A DNA stretch of 64,000 bases from Chrysomallon squamiferum. Lineage: Eukaryota > Animalia > Mollusca. Position numbers and translations under genes: made by a program. How positions within the stretch are numbered: the first letter of the stretch is position 1; every line of letters starts with the position of its first letter. The notes under the pieces were generated by a model. That model did no database searches. It was not told where the DNA came from and was given only the letters and a program-made list of their open reading frames with translations. The DNA is taken from positions 14,756,001 to 14,820,000 of the forward strand of contig CM022666.1 in the NCBI GenBank assembly GCA_012295275.1, written 5' to 3'. Shown one piece after another: positions 1 to 10,810 of the stretch.

Positions 1-196
1 TTGTCTTAGATAAATGTTAAATTACAATGATAAAATAACAAAAACTCAACAATGGACTGCTTTGCAAGGCAGAAAAACCATTGGTTATATTCTAAAACCA
101 TGTAATAATCACTCACTTTTTACAGTTAAATGTTTTTGATACTTGTATATAAAGTGTATTAATTTGTGATTGTCAAGTATGGAGTTTTGACCCAGC

Positions 197-1490
197 TCAC
201 GGTGGTGTACTAAAGTGTATGCTGGGTGTATAGTAGTTTATAATGGATGTACTGTAGTGTATGGTGGGTGTACTGTAGTTTATGGTGGGTGTACTGTAGT
301 TTATGGTGGGTGTACTACAGTTTATGGTTGGTGTACTATAGTGTATTGTTGGGTTACTGTAGTGTAGGGTGGTGTCCAATAGTGTATGGTATATGTACTA
401 CAGTTTATGGTTGGTGTACTATAGTGTATGGTATGTGTACTACAGTTTATGGTGGGTGTACTATAGTGTGTGGTATGTGTACTACAGTTTATGGTGGGTG
501 TACTATAGTGTATGGTGGGTATACTACAGTTTATGGTTGTACTATAGTGTATGGTTGGTGTACTATAGGTTATTGTTGGGTGTACTATAGTGTAGGTAGG
601 TGTGCTATAGTTTATTGTTGGGTTTACTTAAGTTTATAGTGTGTGTAATTTAGTTTATGATGGGTGTACTATAGTGTATGGTGGGTATACTAAAGTTTAT
701 TGTTGGGTGTAGTGTAGGGTGGGTGTACTATAGTTTATTGTTGGGTTTACTATAGTTTATGGTGGGTGTACTATAGTTTGTGGTTGGTGTACTGTAATTT
801 ATTGTTGGGTGTACTGTAATTTATGGTGGGTGTACTGTAGTGTACAGTACGTGAACTATAGTTTGTTGTTGGATGTACTGTAGTTTATGGTGGGATACTG
901 CAAGTTATGGTGGGTGTACTATAGTTGTGGGTGGGAGTACTGTAGTTTATGGTGTATGTACTTTAGTTTATGGTTGGTGTACTATAGTGTAGGGTGGGTA
1001 TACTATAGTTTATTGTTGGGTGTACTATAGTGTAGGGTGGGTGTACTATAGTTTATTGTTGGGTGTACTGTAGTTTATTGTTGGGTGTACGATAGTGTAG
1101 GGTGGGTGTACTGTAGTTGATGGTGTGTGCTTTAGTGTATGATGGGTATACTACAGTTTATTGTTGGGTGTACTGTAGTGTAGAATGGGTGTACTATAGT
1201 TTATTGTTAGGTTTACTATAGTTTATGCTGGGTGTACTATAGTGTATGGTGGGTGTACTATAGTGTACGATGGGTATACTATAGTTTATGATGGGTGTAC
1301 TATAGTTTATGATGGTTATGCTATACTGTATGGTGGGTGTACTATAGTGTACGATGGGTATACTATAGTTTATGATGGGTGTACTATAGTTTATGATGGT
1401 TATGCTATACTGTATGGTGGGTGTACTATAGTTTATTGTTGGCTGTACTATAGTTTATGGTTGGTGTACTGTAGTGTATGGTGGGTGTGA
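197..1490. repeat. 21-bp G/T-rich minisatellite (consensus ~GGTGGGTGTACTATAGTTTAT) in an ANKRD42 intron
   Basis: Tandem units are directly visible. ORFs over it show a 7-aa period (YCSLWWV / CTIVYGG), which gives a 21-bp unit. Each unit has the palindrome ACTATAGT. Confidence 0.95.
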
Positions 1491-2178
1491 TGGAAGACTC
1501 TTCCGCTTGTAAATGTCACTTGACTGTTGATTTTATCTGCCTAATTAACAAAGACTGGGAACTGGAGATTAATTATCACCTTGGGAGTGCTTGGTGTTAT
1601 GTGCTCATGTTCCACAGATTGATCTGGCGACAAAATTCATAACATATTGGCAAGTAACACAATTCCCTTTAATTTCTTAATAAATGTCCGGAGATATTTT
1701 TTGTTAGGGGGAGAACTGTCAAATGATTTCCATGGAATGGTTGCTGTCCCATAACGCACGTGGTAACTAGTTATTTATGTATTTGGTGTTTTCATTGTAT
1801 TAACCCATATGTGATAGATGTGACAGATTAAAACATTTCTATTCATCTATATTAGTCTTTACTCCTATACTGAATGTTCACCGCTAGTGTGGATACAGTT
1901 TTTCAGAAGAGTAATATGTTTGTTGTGGTCCAGTGTACAAAAAGATGAAATGGCAGTTATAATATATTGCATACGTAGATCCCGTATTGGATACCCCTAG
2001 AGGGAGCCAAGTCGGGTAGTAACCTGCCCAAGACAGATACATATTTACAACTTGGGGAATCTCCGTGACAGTGGGTGTACTTTAATAATGGATGTATAGC
2101 AGTTTTATATGGAGTGTGTAGAAAATGTGTGGTCCGTTCAGAGTTCCACAGATGTTTATTGTTCTGTGATGTTTTCAG

Positions 2179-2328
2179 CGGCTGGTCAAGGACACATGCA
2201 CATCTTGCAGTGGCTGATTGAGATGGGTGCAGACATGCAGATACTAAATCAGGCAGGAGAAACACCACGGGACCTCGCTCGCAGATTTTCACAGCTCGCC
2301 TGTGTCAAGCTGCTGGGTGGAGATCCAG
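2179..2328 (+). CDS. ANKRD42: ANKRD42-like, internal coding exon (last ankyrin repeats); upstream exons lie outside the window
   Basis: ttttcag acceptor (2172-2178) and gtatgt donor (2329). 150 nt, phase 1-1. Encodes (A)AGQGHMHILQWLIEMGADMQILNQAGETPRDLARRFSQLACVKLLGGDP, an ankyrin consensus close to vertebrate ANKRD42 as I recall it (AAGQGHIECLQWLIKMGAD...[21 protein letters not shown]). Confidence 0.9.
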
Positions 2329-2678
2329 GTATGTCTTTCTTTTTACAGTTACTGGAGAAATTTTCTTTTAAATGTATTGTTAATATGACTGATTTTAAAA
2401 TACATTTTTTTTGGTAATGTTGTTGTTGTTGTTGATAAAGGTTGTTATTGTTGTTGACTTCATCATCATTTACTTTGATGTTTATTGTATGTTTATGTGT
2501 TTGGTTATGCATGTTTTTAATTTTTGATGTATTTGTGGAGAGTGAGTGAGAGTGAGTGAGTGTCTCTGTGTATGTGTTTTACTGTTACTGGAACCTTCAT
2601 AAAATCTAGTGATTTTAGCAGTTTCTGATATTTGAAATAAAAATGTGTTATTTTGTTGTTTTTTGTTTTCTTTTTCAG

Positions 2679-2780
2679 AACAAGACACAGAAGTAGTCGA
2701 AGATGAAGAGGATGACAGTGATGATGATGATGACAGGACAGTGCAGTCACAAAGTAAAAAACAACAACGAAGTGCCAAAG
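2679..2780 (+). CDS. ANKRD42: ANKRD42-like exon, acidic linker
   Basis: Long T-tract plus cag acceptor; gtaaaa donor at 2781. 102 nt, phase 1-1. Encodes EQDTEVVEDEEDDSDDDDDRTVQSQSKKQQRSAK, in frame with both neighbours. Confidence 0.85.
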
Positions 2781-2939
2781 GTAAAACTACTTCTTCTTTT
2801 TTAACTCTTAAAATAGAGTAATTTCCCTTTACTTGAATGTTAATATTACCAACTGTATAATCGTTTTTGTATAATTTCAGATTTTAAATAATAATAATAA
2901 TAATTGTACGTTTTCACATTCAGCATCATTTTATAATAG

Positions 2940-2998
<59 letters not shown>

Positions 2999-3117
2999 AT
3001 AATAATAATAATAATATTATTATTAAAAATAAATGATTAAAAATAAATACGGAGATTATATTTACACAATTTCTTAGTGCTATCAGAAGTAAATTTTAAT
3101 AAAAAATATATATTCAG

Positions 3118-3244
3118 GTCGGGCTAAGAAAAGGGTTGATGAACTTGAACGTTTGTTGGAGATTGCAAAGCACAATTATACACAGCTTGGAGGCCGCCTT
3201 CTGGAGGACAGAAAACGAATCAAAGACATGCGAGACAAAGACCA
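3118..3244 (+). CDS. ANKRD42: ANKRD42-like exon, start of coiled coil
   Basis: tattcag acceptor and gtaagt donor at 3245. 127 nt, phase 1-2. Encodes GRAKKRVDELERLLEIAKHNYTQLGGRLLEDRKRIKDMRDKD, resembling recalled ANKRD42 RAYKKIVELRHLLEIAESNYKHLGG. Confidence 0.9.
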
Positions 3245-3563
3245 GTAAGTTTGCAAATAAATAAACAAATAAATACATATATGAATAATATTTATATAAA
3301 CTAGATCAGTACACATCGGAGCTATAATCATGGAGCTATGTCACATTCCTACCTCTGCTCCTCATATAGTTATTATTTTACGTTCCATTCTTTCAGTGAG
3401 ATTACAAAAACAGATTGAAACCAAAAAGAAGTATCCTAATATCACATTATCAAAGTACACATTAGAGTCTGATTCTCTGTGAGAGTACATTACAGGTGTT
3501 CAGAGTGGATTGTTAACAACTTGTTTGTGTTTCTTCATGTAACATCAGTGTGTTTGTTTTCAG

Positions 3564-3690
3564 TACAATTCGAGAGTTGGAGGCTCAGTTGGATTATGAG
3601 AAACTTCGACGAGAGAAACTGGAAGCTCAGTTGGATGAATACAGGAGGCAAATGGCCTACCTTAACTCTCAACTAGAAAACTTCACTGTG
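3564..3690 (+). CDS. ANKRD42: ANKRD42-like exon, coiled coil
   Basis: gttttcag acceptor and gtgagg donor at 3691. 127 nt, phase 2-0. Encodes TIRELEAQLDYEKLRREKLEAQLDEYRRQMAYLNSQLENFTV, resembling recalled ANKRD42 TIKELQGQLEYERLRREKLECQLDEYR. Confidence 0.92.
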
Positions 3691-4026
3691 GTGAGGGAAA
3701 TATTTATAAATAAGTAAAGAAGCAAACATATATAAAAATAAATAAGTAGCAAGTAAATGAATAAATGAGTTTATAAGTGAATACGTAAGTAAAGATAAAT
3801 AGCATGTAAGTAAGTAAATCAATAATGAATGAATGAGTGAGTGAGTGAATGGGTAAATAAATAAGTAACTTAGTGAATTAATGAATAAATGATTTTGGAA
3901 TATGTTTGTCTTTATATAAGTATTGTAATTGAGTTGTTTGTTTTTGTTTTTTATCTGTTTTAGTTTCTTTGTTTGCCTCCGTCCCTCTTTGTCTGTGTGT
4001 CTAACTGTGTGTTTGTGTTTCTGCAG

Positions 4027-4179
4027 GTTAGTGATGATGAGTATCACACCAGGTCAGGTCGTGTGAGGAGAAGAGCAGGCTCAAGTAAAAAGAAAAGTCA
4101 TGATGATGGTGGTGTTTTTGTCAGACGAAATTACACACCTGTTAAAAAACCCAATTCAGCTCGCTTCAGAGTTGTCTAG
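4027..4179 (+). CDS. ANKRD42: ANKRD42-like terminal coding exon
   Basis: tttctgcag acceptor, phase 0. Encodes VSDDEYHTRSGRVRRRAGSSKKKSHDDGGVFVRRNYTPVKKPNSARFRVV then TAG. GGVFVRR matches the recalled ANKRD42 C-terminal motif. Confidence 0.9.
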   Translation, partial: VSDDEYHTRSGRVRRRAGSSKKKSHDDGGVFVRRNYTPVKKPNSARFRVV

Positions 4180-4329
4180 ATCAACTGACACTTTGCAGAG
4201 TTCTCTTCAATAGCTTTTAATACTGACTTTATTTAGACATTTTTAAAAATAAGCCTCGAATATTGATAGAGATCCTTTTTACCAAAATTGAATGCTGACT
4301 TTATTTGTAGAATTGTTGCACATGATCAT

Positions 4330-5120
4330 GGAATAGTGACATTATTTAGAAAGTTAAATAATCTCTGGATAGTGTCATTATTTTGGTTTCAAATAATATC
4401 TGAATAGAGGCACTGTTTAGAAAGTTTAAATAATAACTGAATAGTCACTATTCAGAGATTATATTACACTTTCTAAAATGTGTCACTATTCAGATATATT
4501 ATACTTTAAAAATAGTGTCACTATTGAGTGATTATATTACACTTTCTAAATAATGTCACCATTCAGAGATTATATTACACTTTCAAAATAATGTCACTAT
4601 TCAGAGATATATTACACTTTCTAAATAATGTCACCATTCAGAGATTATATTACACTTTCAAAATAAGGTCACTATTCAGAGATATATTACACTTTCAAAA
4701 TAATGTCACTATTCAGAGATATATTACACCACTTTCTAGTTAGTGACACTACTGAGTGATTGGAATTTTTTAAATAATCTGTGAATAGCGACATTATTTA
4801 CAAATAATAACAGAATAGTGACATTATTTTGATTTACAAATAATATCTGAATAAAGTTTTAAGTAATCAATGAATAGTGAATTTTCAGAAGTTTTAAAAT
4901 AATATCTGAATAATGACGTTATTTAGAATTATGAATTATCTCTGAATAGTACCACTATTTGGAAAGGATTACATAATCTCTGATTGGTGACATTATTTAG
5001 AGTTCTTTTAAGTCATCTCTGAACAATGAGATTATTTAGAATTTTAAATTATCTTTGAATAGTGACACACTATTTAGAAAGTGTTAAATAGTCTGTCAAT
5101 AGTGACACTATTTAGAAAGT
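4330..5120. repeat. ~38-bp minisatellite in the predicted ANKRD42 3' UTR with a centrally inverted block
   Basis: Units AATAATGTCACTATTCAGAGAT(T)ATATTACACTTTCT at ~4445-4740. The reverse-complement unit (TCTCTGAATAGTGACATTATTTAGAAAGT) occurs at ~4330-4444 and ~4741-5120. Confidence 0.85.
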
Positions 5121-5328
5121 TAAGAGTTGTGTTAAAAGTACTTGTCAATTGTTTTGATAATCTGATTACTGGCAAAATTTAGAAGGGTGAGTTAAATAAT
5201 TCTGTAATACAAATACCTTTTAAATTGCTTTTAAAACTGTCTTTTAATAATGACACTGTTTATGAAATTGCTTTCTTTTCATAAACTGAGTACTGAAGTA
5301 TTTGTGGTTAAGTAAATCATCTGTCTGA

Positions 5329-5334
5329 AATAAA
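5329..5334 (+). promoter_or_regulatory. Candidate polyadenylation signal of ANKRD42
   Basis: AATAAA followed by a T-rich downstream element (5349 onward). Other AATAAA copies exist (~4850, ~5627, ~5704), so the choice is uncertain. Confidence 0.35.
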
Positions 5335-6243
5335 ATACCAGAAAGACGTTTTTATTTTTATTTTTTCTAAAGTTTCAATCTTTTAATATTAATGGCTAAA
5401 TTATGTAATATAGATAGTATTTAATTTGTTTTACTGTTTTATGTATCATCATTGTCTTTGTGTTGTCGTTGGTTTTGAGGGTCTTTTTTTTAGTTTTTAT
5501 TGTAAACATTTTTTTTTAAATTTATTTATTTTTTATATATTTATTATTTATTTATTTATTTTTTATTTATTTATTTATTTATTTATTTATTTTATTATTA
5601 TTTTCTATTATTTAATTTTTTTTAACAATAAAAAAATTGTATTTGTTATTTTTTATTTATTGTTTAACATTTGCAATATTCGTATTTAACATAGTTGAAG
5701 TAGAATAAAATATAAATTTATGTTGTTTTTTGTTTTTGATTTTTATTTTTTTATTTTTTTAATGTTTTTTGTTTATTTAACATAAAATATGTGATTTATA
5801 TAACAACTATAAATAATAAAATAAAATTTAAAAGGATAATTGTGATTATATAAATCATTAGTAAGAAGCAAAATAATAACAAAATCACACTTGCAAAATA
5901 TTTGCACACTCAATCTAAAATATTGAAGTTGTGACGTCATCGTGTTCAGGACGGAGTCGTAGCTGTGCATTTTTTTACACCAACAGAAGGCAGGGTAAGT
6001 TGGCTCGCCATGTACGAAATGACGTCACGACTACCAGAAAACTACAGCGCTCAGTTATGTTTATAATTCTTCATTATGTATATATATAAAACAACTTTCG
6101 AAGTAAACAGTGCATGTCTGTTTTATATAAAATCAAATAAAATTATGAATATATTTTTTATTTCGTTTTATACTTTTAAATCTTTATTTAATATTTTTTA
6201 AACATTTTCCCCAGTCATTTCTTTTCTTGAGCAAACGTGTGAG

Positions 6244-6291
<48 letters not shown>

Positions 6292-8298
6292 CATAGACAC
6301 AAATAAATTAGATATCGAGCACATTTACATTTCCGGAGAATAAATGTTTTGCAGTTACATAAATAAGAACGCATATCTCTTGTTTCTTCTTATATTTCTT
6401 GTTTCTTCTTTCCGCTTTGTTCCTTCTTATTCTTTTTTCTTAATTTCTATCTTTCTGTTTATATGTCTGTATGCATATTTATTTATTTGTGTTTCTTAAA
6501 TATTCCTACTTTATAAGCTATATAAGATATTTGGTCTGTGTCGTACATTGTTATAAATAATTATTCAAGTTTAAAAATATATTAAATTTAGAAGCGTCTG
6601 CCGAAATTGTAAAATAAGTTCAAATTTTATTAAATTGGACGATAATTTAGATGGTTCGCCAAAGAAATCTAGATGGGATTATTAAAAAAAAACTTAATGC
6701 CCATTTTGATAAATGCCAATTTCGAATATTAATTTCCCATCAAGAACCACTATATTTATTTTCGGAATACCCATCCACTGAATTTTGACAAACGATCTGA
6801 AAAATAAATAAAAATATAATTAAATTTGATGTACTCACCGACAGTCTTCGAACGTAGCAGCATATTTCAAATCATTTTACAAGTTCTCCGAAAAAACGTG
6901 ACATTCCACTTACCTAATGAACAATGAGTGACGTCAATGCAATTGTTGACGTCATATTTATTTACCTGCGAACAAAGCAGAAGGAAGTTAAAATGATAAA
7001 TTTTGGAGAAAAAAAAAAAAAAATGAAGAAGAGAAAAATTAAAATTAAAAAATTAAAATAATTGATTACGCTTATTTGGAAATATGGTTAATATATAAGC
7101 AACACTATGCATTAACAAAGATTACTTTCAAGTAAATCTGTGTTTTATTACCCTTAATAAAAAGCAATTGCTGATTATTTGTGAACATTTGTTTATGCCA
7201 ATCAGTGACTGAGATTCAGGACGTCTGAAGTCTTGTTCAAAGGTCGCATCTCATTCAACATTTCATTATAAGAATATATCATGTTAGATATTTAATCATC
7301 AGCGTAATGAAAAAATATATACATACAAACATACATATTATTTATTTACTTTATTTTATTTTATGCACGTAAGTGCTCGATTTATTTATTTGTAAACCAA
7401 CTTCTGTGACTTGCAGCATTGCATGATGGTTAATACTGACGCAAAACCCTCCGCTGCTGGACTAAACTCGACTGGAATTTCATTTCAGTTACGTAACAAC
7501 AATTAATTATTTAACTACAATTAATAACCTATCGACCAGTCGAAAACTAATTAGCTTCGCTAATAAAATTTCCGACAGAACGCGGTAAATGCCGGAAACA
7601 GTGGAGAGAATCTTGAAAATAACTGCAGTTCCTGTTTGATCGTTAGAGATATTTGTATTGTTATTGCAAGAGTTGCGTGCAGAGAGAAATAAATTACTTT
7701 TATGTTGTACAGTGCATCATACTGATGTCTGTTTGATGTTATTTCTTTTTTAATGTAAAGAATTTTGTGCTGTGTTTAAAATATTTTGTAGTCTGCTAAA
7801 TACGGATTACTTTCCAACCAACTTATTAATACGTTAGTTATCTGTTAATTATAGCAGTTGTATTCAATAAATTATAACCACTATCATTTAATAATTCTCC
7901 TTAAAATTCCGCCCGTCCTTCCTTTCTGCTTTGTTTCATTTATTCATTATTCATTCAACATTTCCATTTTTAATTAGCAAATTGTTACCAGAAAGGTTAT
8001 ATGATAGCTGAATTGAATCGTTTCATCAGCGTAGCCATCTTTCTTAATCATGGCGTCATCATCATCGTCATCATCGCCGTGAAAAATAGGAAAACAAGCA
8101 TATTTATTGTGTTCAGCAGCTACAGAAATATTCAGTTTCCAGTGTGTTCACAAGCTGCAGAGTTTATGCGTTTGTAGAAGAGAATTTACTGTGTTTTGTT
8201 AATGGAGTGGATCAAACGTCTGTTCGTAATGACGTCAACACTGGTGAATTTAGTGACCGCTTTTTATTTACAGAGAGATTTGATCACACATATATAAC

Positions 8299-8428
<130 letters not shown>

Positions 8429-9452
8429 TATTACGCAGCTATTTTTCAGTAATACCTATTTATTGTCGTACTGCTTTGTTAAATAAATATACTAAAAAAT
8501 TGCTGCCATGTTACAAGTATGTGACTTACAGTTCTTTATTTCATTATTCATTTTACAGATATGTCACTTTTCCTGCCATTAGCACGTCAGTCTGTTATCC
8601 TTCGTGCATTAGATCATAGCATATATACACATAGGAAACAGCCATTACTTATTCATAAGCAGTGTGGCGGTAGGCTTGAATCGTAAAGTAACTGGAGAAT
8701 ACCAGAATTGGTTTCTGTTAGTGTTTCAGATTACGTTAATGGGAAATATACTTCTTTACTAGAGAGAACAATCAATTTAACAGCTTATTTTAATGTAAGC
8801 GTCATGTACGAATACGAGTCGTTCTGCACAGTGAGAAGAATCAGGTTAATATTGCTCTGTATGTTTTTGTTAAGATGCGTTGTCAGAACTGCGGTAATGA
8901 TGCTTTGTATGTTCGCGAATATGCTTTCCGAATGTGTGACGTGTGACAGAAAGACAGACAGACAGAAAGAGTGAGGCATCAGCCGAAACAGCGACAGAGA
9001 GGAATATACATACACATACATACACGTGTTTATAGACATATACATATACACACGCTTACACACATACACATTCATATAGGTACTATACATATATATATAT
9101 ATATATACATTTACTATGTTATGATTAAATAAATAAAGTAAGTAATTAAGTAAATAAATAAGTGAAAAAACAAACAAACAAACAGATACATCAGTAAATA
9201 AGTAAATAAATGAATAGCTTCATTTTTTATCCGCTGGTTTTTTAAATCATTTCACCAAAAATTGTGCAGTTCTAACCATACGTCAGAAATATTCAGCGAT
9301 ATTTTTTTTTCTGCAAAATGAACGCTTCAGTGTTAACAGAATAGTTTGTTTGTTTTTCTTCTGTTTTGGTTTTTTTTTTTAAATTTTAATTTTTAATTTT
9401 TTTAAACTATATTTTCTTTCTTTCTTTTTTGAATATTTTGTTATGCTTTCTT

Positions 9453-9507
<55 letters not shown>

Positions 9508-10176
9508 AACCAACGTACTTAACAAACCGTTAATCATGGCTCATTTAATATATTTCGTTCCTAACTAGTTCTCGAACGTAAAACGGATGTTATGGTTATT
9601 TTTTTTTTTTTCTTCTATGTTTTTTCTTTTTCTGATCCATTTAGAACGTGCCTAGAAGCCAGTCTAGACGATGTTTAAAGTTTTATTCTTTTGTGAAATT
9701 AAGGTGCTTTCTTCTCGGAAATAATAGCATTTCACCGTAAACACGAGCAAATTGTCTTTCACCGGAAGGAACTTTGCTCATGTTAATCAGGAATTGCTTA
9801 TCATTCGCTAATTCAGATAATAACTTCAAATAGTAAAATGTCACGTCATGTCGACCTTCTTCGTTTTGTTTACCTCCGTAAGCACACGGAGGTCTGCAGA
9901 CAGCCTTTTTGAAGTTTTATGAAATCTAATCATGTCGGAAAGACCGAAATTGATGCGCAGATTCGACTCGTGCTGTCTCTTCGATCATTCTTAATCCCCC
10001 GGGGGACTATTTATAACATTTACCAACAATAAACAGAGATTTAGTGAAATACAAAGGAAAACCTATCAGCGGAAAGTGGTCATGTTGCATTTTCGCCCAT
10101 TAGCGGCCACAAACACCCGATCACAACTTGTTAATGATAGAAAAAAAAAAAACTCTGCAGCGTAAGCGTTGATTGT

Positions 10177-10192
10177 CGTTACCATGGTAACG
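10177..10192. promoter_or_regulatory. Perfect RFX X-box palindrome CGTTACCATGGTAACG
   Basis: Exact match to the RFX consensus GTTRCCATGGYAAC. Function is not demonstrated. Confidence 0.5.
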
Positions 10193-10294
10193 TGTTAAAG
10201 GATTTTTTTTTTATTATCATCAATTATGCCGTATTAACTGGAGAATAAATTAAACGTTTGTACAAGTGGGAAGGTGTGTGTATGTATGTGTACA

Positions 10295-10810
10295 GGCGTC
10301 TGTCTGCCTGTCTATCTATCTATCCATCCATCCATCCATCCAACCACTTATCCGTTCTCCATCAGTCTATCCATCTATCTATCCATCTATCTATCCATCT
10401 ATCCATCTTTCTATCATCTATCTATTTATATATCCATATATACATCTATCACATATCTGTCCATCTATCTATCCATCTATCGATCTACCTATCCATCTAT
10501 CCATCCATTTATCCATTTATCTATCTATCCATCCATCTATCCATGCATCTATCTGTCCATCTATCCCTCCATCTATTCATCTGTTTATCTATTTACCCAT
10601 TTTTCTCTGTGTGTGTCTCTCTCATCCATACACACATATAATTACATACGTACATATATAAACACAATTATACATACACATACATACATAAATACACATA
10701 TTTGTATATACACAGATTTATACATACATACATATTTACATACATACATAATACATACATGCATAAACACATACAGATTTACACACACATACATAAATAC
10801 ACATACGTAG
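10295..10810. repeat. Compound (TATC/CATC)n and (TACA)n simple repeats
   Basis: Directly visible degenerate tetranucleotide tracts. Confidence 0.9.

Noticed and set aside
197-1490. Cys/Tyr/Gly-rich repetitive ORFs resembling structural or shell proteins
   Set aside because: They are translations of a 21-bp intronic minisatellite. Frames are broken by indels and stops, with no signal peptide or splice support.
1745-1775. Helitron 3' end (…GTAACTAG|T)
   Set aside because: There is no convincing GC-rich subterminal hairpin and no identifiable 5' TC end.
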